A stretch of 64,000 nucleotides of DNA from a candidate division TM6 bacterium GW2011_GWF2_28_16 (GCA_001029715.1 CP011212.1:769066-833065), one strand, 5' to 3'. Shown: positions 29,237-37,653, numbered from the stretch's first letter. Made by a program: numbers and translations. The notes: generated by a model not told the origin, from the letters alone.

Positions 29237-30241
29237 TTGGTCGCTGATCTAGATCGGCACAAAAAAATGAAATACACCATCGCCATTGCTGGCTCCACTA
29301 AAAATACCGTTTTGATGGCCGAGACTCTGCTTAAAGACTCACGTTTCGAAATTATAGCCACTATTTCCCCTACAGCAAAATTAATTGGTCGCAAACAAAT
29401 TCTCACTAAAAATCCCCTACAAATCTGGTCTGAAGAACATAAATTACCAACTTTTTTGGTGAAAAAAAAACTTGAAGAAATAAGTTTTAGTGAAATAAAG
29501 TCAATAGATTTTTTGTTAGTAGTCGATTTCGGTTATTTGATTCCAGAATGGCTCCTCAAATTGCCAAAAATTGCTCCACTCAATGTTCACCCTTCGCTTT
29601 TACCAAAATGGCGCGGTAGCTCACCTGGTCAGTTTGCTCTACTCTTCCAAGATTTGGACAGAAATGGCAAGCAGTCGGCAACAACTTTAATGATCATGAG
29701 CCAAGGCTTGGATGAGGGACCGATTTTAGCTCAGCTAGATTTTCAATTAGAAGAAGATTGGACACAAATCGAATATTATGAAACTGCTTTTAACCTAATG
29801 GGTGAAAAACTGGCGGATTTAATCAGCGATTTCGCAGAAGGGAAAATTTCGGCGCAAAATCAGGCAGAAAAAAGCCCTACTATGATTGCGCGCAGACTTA
29901 ACAAAGAAGATAGTTTTATAGATTTTGAGAGTTTAAAAAAAATGATGGCAGCAGATTCTGGCTCGGAAAAAATCTCCAGCAAAAATCAGGAAAAAGCCTT
30001 ACTAAGAAATTTACTAAGCGAGCAACAAAGCAGAGCTGAGCAAATAAACTTAGTCATCAACGCTAGCAAAGCTTTTTCTCCTTGGCCAGCTTTGTGGACC
30101 ATGGTTAAAACCAGTAAAGGCGAACAAAGAATGCGAATTTTCTCCTGTCACTTGGCAGTAAATAAACTAGTTTTGGATCAAATCCAAATCGAAGGTAAAA
30201 ATCCCTGTCTATTTAACGAGTGTAAAAATGCGCTAATTTAA
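29237..30241 (+). CDS. fmt: methionyl-tRNA formyltransferase
   Basis: Formyltransferase core 'HPSLLPKWRGSSP'. Follows def in def-fmt operon order. Confidence 0.8.
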   Translation: MVADLDRHKKMKYTIAIAGSTKNTVLMAETLLKDSRFEIIATISPTAKLIGRKQILTKNPLQIWSEEHKLPTFLVKKKLEEISFSEIKSIDFLLVVDFGYLIPEWLLKLPKIAPLNVHPSLLPKWRGSSPGQFALLFQDLDRNGKQSATTLMIMSQGLDEGPILAQLDFQLEEDWTQIEYYETAFNLMGEKLADLISDFAEGKISAQNQAEKSPTMIARRLNKEDSFIDFESLKKMMAADSGSEKISSKNQEKALLRNLLSEQQSRAEQINLVINASKAFSPWPALWTMVKTSKGEQRMRIFSCHLAVNKLVLDQIQIEGKNPCLFNECKNALI

Positions 30242-30255
30242 TTGATCAATTAAAT

Positions 30256-30489
30256 TTAAACGGCTTTTTTGAAGTGAGTGGTGATACCCAATTTTTTGAG
30301 TTGTTTAAGTACTCTGCTTGGAACTTTGACTTTTTTCTTGATACCGTCAATAAGAACAGTAGCTGAGTGCAAATTGTACTTAAATGATCTTCTGGTACGA
30401 TTCTTGGCGTGAGAAACGTTATGACCGTAACCGGCAACTCTAGGATATTTGTGTAGATTAACTTTCATAAGAGAGAGTGATTTTACCAT
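30256..30489 (-). CDS. rpmB: 50S ribosomal protein L28
   Basis: 'GYGHNVSHAKNRTRRSFKYNLH' matches the L28 core (G..NVSHS..KTKR.F.PNL). Confidence 0.8.
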   Translation of the reverse strand: MVKSLSLMKVNLHKYPRVAGYGHNVSHAKNRTRRSFKYNLHSATVLIDGIKKKVKVPSRVLKQLKKLGITTHFKKAV

Positions 30490-30548
30490 ATGAAGAAAAA
30501 AATGTGCAGAGGAAGAAAATATTCTTAAAATGGTAGAATAGAATTCCT

Positions 30549-31166
30549 ATGCTCAATCTCCTCCTTCAAAATCCGATCGCTTTCATCATTTTCATGGCTG
30601 GTTTGTTGATGTCGATCAGCATTCACGAGTTTACTCACTGTTTCGTAACTGATAAGCTCGGCGATCCTACCCCACGTATTAAAGGTCGATTAACTCTCAA
30701 TCCCCTCGCCCATCTTGATCCGATTGGTACTTTGGCAATTATTCTGACTGGATTTGGTTGGGGCAAAGCAGCCCCTTACGATCCTTACAATCTCAAAGAA
30801 CCAGTGCGCGACGCTGCTTTAATTGCGGCGGCTGGTCCAGCTAGTAATTTGATCATCGCTACTTTGCTATCTGTTTTAATAAAATTCGGTATTGGTGGCG
30901 AATTCGTAGCTCTTTTTGCCAGTCAATTGATTTTTATCAATATTGCTTTGGCTCTTTTTAATCTTTTACCTGTTTATCCTTTGGATGGTGGCAAAATTAT
31001 GCATGCTGTACTGCCTTATCAGGCCAGTTTAGAGTATGAAGACATCATGAGCCGTTATGGCACCATTATTTTAATCATGATGGTTTTTCCTTGGGTAGGC
31101 GGACAATCAGCGGTTAGCGCCCTGCTCTCTCCAGTGATTGATGTTTTACTGAAAATTTTTCTTTAA
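30549..31166 (+). CDS. site-2 protease family (peptidase M50) membrane metalloprotease
   Basis: 'HEFTHC' (HExxH) in a transmembrane helix and 'NLLPVYPLDGG'. Confidence 0.7.
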   Translation: MLNLLLQNPIAFIIFMAGLLMSISIHEFTHCFVTDKLGDPTPRIKGRLTLNPLAHLDPIGTLAIILTGFGWGKAAPYDPYNLKEPVRDAALIAAAGPASNLIIATLLSVLIKFGIGGEFVALFASQLIFINIALALFNLLPVYPLDGGKIMHAVLPYQASLEYEDIMSRYGTIILIMMVFPWVGGQSAVSALLSPVIDVLLKIFL

Positions 31167-31194
31167 AAGCTAGAAATGGGAGAATAAAAGAAAT

Positions 31195-31217
31195 GAGCCG
31201 GCTTTTTAGGCCGGCTC
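31195..31217 (-). terminator. rho-independent terminator hairpin (GAGCCGG/CCGGCTC stem) downstream of gene 31225-31533; a near-copy lies at 33046-33068
   Basis: Perfect 7-bp GC stem, followed on the minus strand by 'ATTTCTTTTATT'. Confidence 0.55.
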
Positions 31218-31224
31218 AAAATCC

Positions 31225-31533
31225 TTAATAAGTCCAAGCCGTGAGGCTTGAGGAAATTTTTTCTTCCTCAAGCAGCGCTAGCCACAGGCTTACCCTTTCT
31301 AGGGGTAAGCCGTACTTCTCTGAAAAAACTTGCAGATTTGAATCCTGCATTTTTCCAGAGTGATAAGAGTAGTTGCAAAATACTTGCCTGTTTTTTCTAA
31401 CCAAAAACTCAACTGCTCCGGTTTTTAACTCGGTATCGTAAGATACCTTGTATTCGACTTCCGTTCCTAAAGCTACAGTTAATATAAACACTTCTAACCT
31501 CTCCTCTTCCTGAACTAAATTAAGGTTCTCCAA
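31225..31533 (-). CDS. hypothetical small protein (module gene A', paralog of 33075-33353)
   Basis: 102 aa. Shares the C-terminal region 'LPLERVSLWLALLEE' with the paralog's 'LVLSDVSAWLSVVDN', and the same terminator sequence at its 3' end. Confidence 0.45.
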   Translation of the reverse strand: MENLNLVQEEERLEVFILTVALGTEVEYKVSYDTELKTGAVEFLVRKNRQVFCNYSYHSGKMQDSNLQVFSEKYGLPLERVSLWLALLEEEKISSSLTAWTY

Positions 31534-31622
31534 TGTTATTTATCTCCAAATCAGCGCGTGGCCGATTATTCGATAAATAATTTAAGGGGTATATTATATC
31601 AAGATGTACTAAAAAAGTCAAT

Positions 31623-31633
31623 GTTATAGGATA
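31623..31633. promoter_or_regulatory. GTTATAGGATA core, copy 1 (with conserved flank AAAAAGTCAATGTTATAGGATA)
   Basis: The 11-mer recurs at 33459-33469, 61617-61627 and 61659-61669. Here it lies in the divergent intergenic region between the A' gene and the papain-like gene. Confidence 0.45.
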
Positions 31634-31690
31634 GTCACAATTAAATTAAAGATGGCTATCAAAAAAATATTTTCATATATAATCTAGCCA

Positions 31691-32608
31691 ATGAACACGA
31701 ATATAGAAACACACCTTGCAAATAATATTGGTAAAGATGTCGTTGGACTTAATCAGATGGTAAATCACGAAGTGCAAGAGAGTGACTTTCTTGCTGCGGT
31801 GGATGCCGCTCCAGCTATGCAAAAACTTTTTTCCGAAATTGATCCAAGCCTTCTTTTGTCCAAAGAATTAAATAAGTTTATAGAAGTTGAAAAAGAAATG
31901 CTTGGCAAAATAATTTGTCTTCCCACTACCATCTTGATGGCAATCAGACACCTGAAAAAAGAATCTAAATCTCTAACCCTCTCAGAATTTTATGAATTAG
32001 GAATTTATGCTCACACAAATGACCTCCATTCAGAAAATGGTGCTATTGAAAAAGGATTTCCTTCTTTTCATAGAAATGGCTTAGACACCTATCTTCGTTA
32101 TGCTTTAGAATTTGCTAAAATCAATGGTTTGGGAGGTGGAATTATCACTAATTTTTCAAATCTAGATTTTATAAGAAAAGTAACTAATAACGGAGTTGTA
32201 ATCTTGTCGGTTGATAACCTCTTTATTCCAAAAGTAATGAACACCGATATTGACCCTTCAACATTCAAGCCATCTAGACATGCAGAGTTAGTTCACGGCT
32301 TCTCAGAGAAAAATCTTTTAATAAGTGACGTCACCAATTCTAGAAATGGAACTACCTGGAATACGAGAAACAAATTTGTTCCGCAAACCGAAATAGAAAA
32401 ATATTTAACTTGTCCAAGGCTAAATGACACTTTCACTAGAGCAATTATTCTCACAAAAAATGATTTAGATTGGGACAAAATTACAGAAAAAATTGCAGAA
32501 GATGGGAACATCGAAAAACCGAATTACAATCCAATGCTGTCACCATTTTTTAATAAGGGAATAGATGCAACTCTCAAAGCAATGCGTCCAAATAGCTATT
32601 TAGATTAA
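31691..32608 (+). CDS. hypothetical protein with a putative papain-fold (peptidase C39-like) cysteine peptidase domain
   Basis: Candidate catalytic Cys in 'GKIICLPTTILMAI' (N-cap of a helix). Downstream 'RHAELVHGFSEKNLLISDV' resembles the C39 H-x-V-V-L-x-G-Y...I-x-D block. Confidence 0.35.
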   Translation: MNTNIETHLANNIGKDVVGLNQMVNHEVQESDFLAAVDAAPAMQKLFSEIDPSLLLSKELNKFIEVEKEMLGKIICLPTTILMAIRHLKKESKSLTLSEFYELGIYAHTNDLHSENGAIEKGFPSFHRNGLDTYLRYALEFAKINGLGGGIITNFSNLDFIRKVTNNGVVILSVDNLFIPKVMNTDIDPSTFKPSRHAELVHGFSEKNLLISDVTNSRNGTTWNTRNKFVPQTEIEKYLTCPRLNDTFTRAIILTKNDLDWDKITEKIAEDGNIEKPNYNPMLSPFFNKGIDATLKAMRPNSYLD

Positions 32609-32919
32609 ACGAGATACGAGTGCTTAGTATTCCAAGATTTAAGATATTCTTCTTTACTAGCGCCCCATTCTGGACCTACTATTTCAGAAACATCTTCAAT
32701 GTCGTTGGGATCAACTAATGTGTGAAGAACTGCATTGGCTAATATTTTGAGGATTTTATCGTAAGCTCGATATTTTTCTTCAAATGAAGTTTGCTCATTT
32801 AACATTAGTGCAACAAGCTCATCGTCTGCACCATATTTTTTTGCAATTTCCAATAATCTTTCTGCGCTTACAACTTCAACATTTTGGTGTTGATTAAGAA
32901 CTTCTAGGTTTTTAAACAT
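32605..32919 (-). CDS. hypothetical small protein (module gene B', paralog of 33491-33826)
   Basis: 'ERLLEIAKKYGADDELVALMLNEQTSFEEKYRAYDKILKILANAV' aligns with the paralog's 'ERQLEVSRKYGVPEEVIATVLDKNASDEDKDKAFGKILEIIGSAI'. Confidence 0.45.
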   Translation of the reverse strand: MFKNLEVLNQHQNVEVVSAERLLEIAKKYGADDELVALMLNEQTSFEEKYRAYDKILKILANAVLHTLVDPNDIEDVSEIVGPEWGASKEEYLKSWNTKHSYLV

Positions 32920-33045
32920 TGTTAAAATCTTTTTTTAAAGGGGCAGCAAATAATGGCGATTATTATAGCACTATTGTTTGTTTTATCAAAAAAACGCTTG
33001 TATATAGATGTTTTAGGGGTAATTTATTTTTTTAGAGAAAAGAAA

Positions 33046-33068
33046 AGAGCCGGGTTTTAACCGGCTCT
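33046..33068 (-). terminator. rho-independent terminator hairpin (AGAGCCGG/CCGGCTCT) downstream of gene 33075-33353
   Basis: 8-bp GC stem followed by T-rich sequence on the minus strand; near-identical to the hairpin at 31195-31217. Confidence 0.55.
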
Positions 33069-33074
33069 AAATCC

Positions 33075-33353
33075 TTAATTTTTTCTTTCCCAAACGGTAG
33101 ACTTCTCAAAATTTGAGTTGTTATCTACCACTGATAGCCATGCGCTGACATCGCTTAAAACCAGGCCTAGATCTTCTCTAATCTCATTGAGTGAAAATTT
33201 CTCCACAGAAATAGCTTCTGTAGTAGCAACTTCCATGCCGTTAATGTACAAGGAAATAATAATTTCCTTGTTTTGTCTGTCATAAATGACAAACAGATCT
33301 ACACCATTCCTTAAGCATATCTTCAAGTCATACATTGTCTTCTTTTCCTCCAA
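33075..33353 (-). CDS. hypothetical small protein (module gene A)
   Basis: 92-aa ORF, paralogous to 31225-31533. Confidence 0.45.
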   Translation of the reverse strand: MEEKKTMYDLKICLRNGVDLFVIYDRQNKEIIISLYINGMEVATTEAISVEKFSLNEIREDLGLVLSDVSAWLSVVDNNSNFEKSTVWERKN

Positions 33354-33458
33354 AAATTAAGGTTCTTCAAATTTTTTGCCGCCAAGTCAACAGATAGTCG
33401 ACTCTTAAACAAATAATTTGAGAACTGGATTATACCAAAAAATACCTAGAAAATCAAT

Positions 33459-33469
33459 GTTATAGGATA
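33459..33469. promoter_or_regulatory. GTTATAGGATA core, copy 2 (flank GAAAATCAATGTTATAGGATA)
   Basis: Lies between module genes A and B. About 40 bp of flank is similar to copy 1 ('attata.caa...tac.taaaaaa.tcaatgttataggata'). Confidence 0.45.
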
Positions 33470-33490
33470 TTATGTTTACAGATTTCTTAA

Positions 33491-33826
33491 CTAAATTCTA
33501 TTACCAATGATAGCATTTGCTATTTTATAGTCTTCGACATCGACTTTTTGAGCATAAATAGCACTACCTATAATTTCAAGAATTTTTCCGAATGCTTTGT
33601 CTTTATCTTCATCTGAAGCATTTTTATCCAATACAGTTGCGATGACTTCTTCAGGAACGCCATACTTCCTGGAAACTTCCAATTGCCTTTCTGGAGTTAT
33701 TTCTTCGTCCATAATTTTTTGGACATTATCAGACCATGGTCTTTCTTTTGGTTCAACTTCACTATCAACTTCAGCACCTGTAATAGATTCTGAAATATTT
33801 GCTTCTGGATTTTTTGGCATTACCAA
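33491..33826 (-). CDS. hypothetical small protein (module gene B)
   Basis: 111-aa ORF, paralogous to 32605-32919. Confidence 0.45.
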   Translation of the reverse strand: MVMPKNPEANISESITGAEVDSEVEPKERPWSDNVQKIMDEEITPERQLEVSRKYGVPEEVIATVLDKNASDEDKDKAFGKILEIIGSAIYAQKVDVEDYKIANAIIGNRI

Positions 33827-33935
33827 TCCTTTTAATAAGGCAGTAAATAATTATTGGCATTATAACACTGCAAAATTTTTATCAAAAAATTTTAAAAAGC
33901 ATCTTGTCCAAAAATTTTCTGCTATCATCTTAATA

Positions 33936-34448
33936 GTGAAAAAATTTTTGAAAATAATACAAAGCACTGCTTTCAGAAAAACCATTGTGGTATTAGGCAG
34001 TTTTCTAGCAGTTGCAAGTATTTTAATTTCCATAAATCCAGAACCTTTTTTAAAAACTGGCTATTGGGGTGTTTTTCTGTATGGAATGTTAGGACCAGTC
34101 ACCTTAATTATTCCTGTAATGTCACAGCATTTAAATTTGGTTTTACTGTCAGCTGCAGCTGCCACTGGAGTGGTCGTAAACGATACTCTCGCATATATCG
34201 TTGGGAGAAATGCTGATGCGTTTATTCAAAAAAGTAAAAAAGTCTTGCTCGTAGAAAAATGGGTGAACAAATATGGTGTCTTCGCTCTGTTTCTTATCTC
34301 AATCTCACCTCTCCCCTATGATTTTGTTGGATTGATTGTCGGATATCTAGATCTATCATTTAAAAAATACGTCATACCTTTATTTCTGGGTAAATTTATA
34401 AGATTTATTCTAGTTGGCTTAGGTACAAATTTTATTTTAGGATGGTGA
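33936..34448 (+). CDS. DedA/VTT-domain-like small polytopic membrane protein (start uncertain)
   Basis: The track ORF starts at 33597 but its first ~110 codons run antisense to paralog-supported gene B. An in-frame GTG at 33936 gives 'MKKFLKIIQS...' with 4 hydrophobic helices and a 'GVVVNDTLAYIVGR' motif. Confidence 0.4.
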   Translation: MKKFLKIIQSTAFRKTIVVLGSFLAVASILISINPEPFLKTGYWGVFLYGMLGPVTLIIPVMSQHLNLVLLSAAAATGVVVNDTLAYIVGRNADAFIQKSKKVLLVEKWVNKYGVFALFLISISPLPYDFVGLIVGYLDLSFKKYVIPLFLGKFIRFILVGLGTNFILGW

Positions 34449-34469
34449 GGGGCTATGGTTTATTAGAAA

Positions 34470-35198
34470 CTATAGTCTAGATTGCTCTTGCTGTATTTTT
34501 TTTATCAAATCAGGAAAATATCCATACTGTTTATTGTTTTTATCATACATTCTTTGCAGATTATCAATTCCCTCATTAATAGGTCTTATTTTTTGACCAA
34601 AGACTGATAAGTAAACTTCCCCATCCTGATCCTTAAAAATAAAATACGCATGCCTATCTAAAAGATTTAAACCTTCAAATACATTCCTTATATGTCTCTT
34701 AGTATTAGAAAACATTAACAGTCTAACTTCAGTACCAGGAAAATAAATTTTAGAAATTGTACTAATAAAGGTTGCATACTCTATACAATTAACAGTTTCT
34801 TTAAATGGCTTGGTCATAAAAGACTCATCTTTAGTAAACAAACTCATGGTAAAGTTCAAGTTATTGCTAGCATTTTCAAATGAAGCTAGAAGGTTTCCTT
34901 TTGACCTCGCTGAGTTTTGATCAGTTGTAAAATCCACAAACTCTCTTAAGCTTTTGTAATAAGGTTTGCTATTTTCATCCAGCATGAATTTATCGACTGC
35001 TTCTTTAACTTTTTCATCAGCAAATTTATAAACACCATCGTCACAACTGGAAATTTTTATTGCTCTCCCAATACTATTAACCAGAGTAGTATTAATTGGT
35101 CCAAGATGACCTTCAACGGTAGCACCGGCGGTAGCTTTATCAGTCAAACCTAATTTGTGTAGTCTATTTCCTAATTCTGCAAAAACGATATTCGGCAC
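34470..35198 (-). CDS. hypothetical protein (242 aa)
   Basis: Clean ORF adjacent to the tRNA-Trp scar; no family recognised. Confidence 0.45.
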   Translation of the reverse strand: MPNIVFAELGNRLHKLGLTDKATAGATVEGHLGPINTTLVNSIGRAIKISSCDDGVYKFADEKVKEAVDKFMLDENSKPYYKSLREFVDFTTDQNSARSKGNLLASFENASNNLNFTMSLFTKDESFMTKPFKETVNCIEYATFISTISKIYFPGTEVRLLMFSNTKRHIRNVFEGLNLLDRHAYFIFKDQDGEVYLSVFGQKIRPINEGIDNLQRMYDKNNKQYGYFPDLIKKIQQEQSRL

Positions 35199-35223
35199 AA
35201 AATAAATATATCATAAAAGAAAA

Positions 35224-35241
35224 AGCAGGGCGGGAAGGAAT
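35224..35241 (-). repeat. 18-nt direct duplicate of the tRNA-Trp 3' end (T-loop 3' half + acceptor 3' strand), att-like scar
   Basis: 'gcagggcgggaaggaatc' is identical to 35399-35416 inside the tRNA-Trp gene, in the same orientation, 157 bp away. Confidence 0.6.
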
Positions 35242-35367
35242 CCACGACTCGCCTATCTGTATTTTCTGGAAGATAGCTCGCTGCATTACCCAGGCTCGCT
35301 TCACTCGCTTGGCGGCAGAACTACTGCTTCGCAAGGACGTCTCTTCATTACCACAACAAGTATAAAA

Positions 35368-35392
35368 AAATCCAGCGTTGCTGGAATTTTTT
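35368..35392. terminator. bidirectional hairpin terminator (A-run, TCCAGC/GCTGGA stem, T-run)
   Basis: 'aaaaaaatccagcgttgctggaatttttt', immediately 3' of tRNA-Trp. Confidence 0.5.
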
Positions 35393-35399
35393 ATACTTG

Positions 35400-35470
35400 C
35401 AGGGCGGGAAGGAATCGAACCTTCATCAAGGGTTTTGGAGACCCCGATTCTACCGTTGAAATACCGCCCT
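35400..35470 (-). tRNA. tRNA-Trp (anticodon CCA)
   Basis: Reverse complement 'AGGGCGG-TA-TTTCAACGGTAGAA-TC-GGGGT-CTCCAAA-ACCCT-TGAT-GAAGG-TTCGATT-CCTTC-CCGCCCT-G'. 7-bp acceptor stem, anticodon loop CU-CCA-AA, T-loop TTCGATT. Confidence 0.8.
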
Positions 35471-35630
35471 TTGTTAAATTTTTAGAGTTTATGAAATCAA
35501 CTCTCGAAAGCCAATTATAATAATCATTAGCCAATAAAGCCAGGGGATTTTAAAATTTCAACTAAAAAGCAAGAAAAAACCAAAAAGACTAGTTCTCCCC
35601 CAACCTTTCAAAAACTGTTACACTAATTAA

Positions 35631-37115
35631 ATGCAAGACCAAGACATCGCTCAAGATCTAAAAAGGATTTATCAAGAAGACAAGAAACTACTCGAGGAAA
35701 CTCAAATCCCAATCATCACTGTTTCTGCTTCTTTTAGAGAAGATTTAAAAGGTTTGCATCACCAAAAAGAAGAAGACAAAAGCACTGACATCGTGCTTTC
35801 CCGTGCCCATTATTCCATGGCGCTTGGAGTGGCCATGCAAGCTTGGGGTGAAAAGATTGATCCTAAAAAAGCTTGGTTAGTTGACAGCACCAACTACGTT
35901 AACAATGAAGATTTCAAAGGCGTACAGCTAACTAACATTATTGGTAAAATCATTGCTCGCTGGCCAATGCTTAAAACTTTTAAAGACGTAGTCGATAAAT
36001 TTGGTCGTTCTAAAATGCCAATTCTCGATAATGTTACTCCTCCTACTCTTTACTTAGGCGCTGGTGTTAAAAAAACTATCTTGTCCTTTCACATTGTGAC
36101 CGGCAATATCTTAGCAGCAGAAGGTAAAAAAGTTATTCAAATGATTACCGATCCACATGTGAGAAGCGATTATTTAGAAAATGCCCATCGCAAAAACATG
36201 CAGTTTTTGGTTTTTGATGAAGCCACCAAAGCAGATTTTTGGAGAGTTGCCAAAGAAATTGGTAAAAGAATTCCTAAGGAGCAAGTTGCTAATAAAGTTA
36301 TTGTCACTGGCCCACCAATTGATCCAAGGATTGTCGACTGTAATAAAAGTAAAAATATTTGGAACAAAGATCAAGCTCTTAAGGTTTGTCTTACCACTGG
36401 CGGGCTAGGCACTAACAAAACTGAAATTAAAGAAATTTTGGAGCAACTTTTGCCAGAACTAAAAAAGCAAGCTACTGATCAAAAAACAGATTTGCCAACC
36501 ACAGAATTAATTTTTTATGCTGGCACGCACAGCGATCATAAAGATATGGCAGTCCGAATCGCTAAAGAGAACAATCTTTTGTATCAAATAATCAGTCCAA
36601 AAGATCCAGCTCACTTTGGTATTAATGACAAAATTGAAACCACTCCACATAAAAAAACCGAAACAACTAGAGCTAAATTTAGAATCATTTATCATCCACA
36701 GATCGTTGATGCTAATGAATTGCTAATTCAAAAAGGCTTTCCTTGGGCCGACGTTTTTATTAGTAAACCATCTGGAGATATGGCTTATGACGCCGTTGTC
36801 TCTGGAGCTGCTCTGCTTACTCTTAAAGAATGGGGTGAATGGGAATTTAACGTTAGAGCAGTTTTTGAAAAAAATGGTACCACTAAGCAAGCTCAAACAG
36901 ACCAGATTGTCAAACAATTAATAGAAATTACTCAAAGCAATGGCTCCACTTTTGAAAGTAATAAAGTTATTGGATCTAAACTACCAAGTCCAAATATAAA
37001 GGATGAAGCTCAATCTTCCTGGTTGGAAAAAGCCATGCAAAATGCGAAAAAACTAGATAAAGACTTCTATCAGGGTGCTAAAAACATCTTGAAAGCTGTC
37101 AAAGAAAGTAATTAA
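35631..37115 (+). CDS. putative GT-B glycosyltransferase (MurG / MGDG-synthase / GT28-like fold)
   Basis: 494 aa. 'LTTGGLG' after a Rossmann-like stretch and a C-terminal 'ELL...KPSGDMAYDAVVSGAALL' segment resembling the GT28 C-domain. Assignment is tentative. Confidence 0.35.
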   Translation: MQDQDIAQDLKRIYQEDKKLLEETQIPIITVSASFREDLKGLHHQKEEDKSTDIVLSRAHYSMALGVAMQAWGEKIDPKKAWLVDSTNYVNNEDFKGVQLTNIIGKIIARWPMLKTFKDVVDKFGRSKMPILDNVTPPTLYLGAGVKKTILSFHIVTGNILAAEGKKVIQMITDPHVRSDYLENAHRKNMQFLVFDEATKADFWRVAKEIGKRIPKEQVANKVIVTGPPIDPRIVDCNKSKNIWNKDQALKVCLTTGGLGTNKTEIKEILEQLLPELKKQATDQKTDLPTTELIFYAGTHSDHKDMAVRIAKENNLLYQIISPKDPAHFGINDKIETTPHKKTETTRAKFRIIYHPQIVDANELLIQKGFPWADVFISKPSGDMAYDAVVSGAALLTLKEWGEWEFNVRAVFEKNGTTKQAQTDQIVKQLIEITQSNGSTFESNKVIGSKLPSPNIKDEAQSSWLEKAMQNAKKLDKDFYQGAKNILKAVKESN

Positions 37116-37119
37116 AAAA

Positions 37120-37323
37120 TTACTTTAACTTTTTCATCATCTTGTGAGAGGTGTGTTTGCGACAGACTTTGCAGTATTTATTAATAGGAAAGCTACTCTC
37201 TCCTGAAATTTGCTTCTTGAGGGTTTCATTGTTTTTGTTGTATTCACTTACGTAACCAAAAGCATTACAAACACTACATTGTAAACCGATTAATTGTCTT
37301 GGACCTTTTTTCTTACTTGCCAT
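37120..37323 (-). CDS. rpmG: 50S ribosomal protein L33
   Basis: Zinc ribbon 'CSVC...CKVC' and overall L33 pattern. Follows the tRNA array on the same strand. Confidence 0.8.
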   Translation of the reverse strand: MASKKKGPRQLIGLQCSVCNAFGYVSEYNKNNETLKKQISGESSFPINKYCKVCRKHTSHKMMKKLK

Positions 37324-37394
37324 AGATTTGATATTTTAGCACATTTTCTTTTTAATTTAAGTGTCAGCTCTTGATCGAGCATTTTTGCTAAAAA

Positions 37395-37469
37395 TGAGCC
37401 ACCTCTGGGACTCGAACCCAGGACCTACTGTTTACAAAACAGTTGCTCTACCAACTGAGCTAAGGGGGC
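37395..37469 (-). tRNA. tRNA-Thr (anticodon UGU)
   Basis: Reverse complement 'GCCCCCT-TA-GCTC-AGTTGGTA-GAGC-A-ACTGT-TTTGTAA-ACAGT-AGGTC-CTGGG-TTCGAGT-CCCAG-AGGTGGC-T'. One C/T mismatch in the acceptor stem. Confidence 0.8.
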
Positions 37470-37474
37470 GATAG

Positions 37475-37556
37475 TGCCAAGGGAAGGATTCGAACCTACG
37501 GAGGCTAGGCCAGCAGTTTTACAGACTGCCCTCGTTGACCACTTGAGTACCTTGGC
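37475..37556 (-). tRNA. tRNA-Tyr (anticodon GUA), type II with long variable arm
   Basis: Reverse complement 'GCCAAGG-TA-CTC-AAGTGGTCAAC-GAG-G-GCAGT-CTGTAAA-ACTGC-TGGCCTAGCCTCC-GTAGG-TTCGAAT-CCTTC-CCTTGGC-A'. Perfect acceptor stem. Confidence 0.8.
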
Positions 37557-37563
37557 GTCTCTA

Positions 37564-37638
37564 TGAGCCTTCGTCGGGGATCGAACCCGAGACCTCAGTC
37601 TTACCAAGACTGCGCTCTACCAACTGAGCTACAAAGGC
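37564..37638 (-). tRNA. tRNA-Thr (anticodon GGU)
   Basis: Reverse complement 'GCCTTTG-TA-GCTC-AGTTGGTA-GAGC-G-CAGTC-TTGGTAA-GACTG-AGGTC-TCGGG-TTCGATC-CCCGA-CGAAGGC-T'. One G-U pair in the acceptor stem. Confidence 0.8.
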
Positions 37639-37653
37639 AAAAGGACTTTGAGT

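Noticed and set aside
35221-35345. A second tRNA, a tmRNA or a group I intron between the 18-nt repeat and tRNA-Trp
   Set aside because: Only the T-loop/acceptor 3' half is present. No D-arm, anticodon arm, tag-peptide reading frame or intron core elements could be folded. It was kept as an att-like scar.
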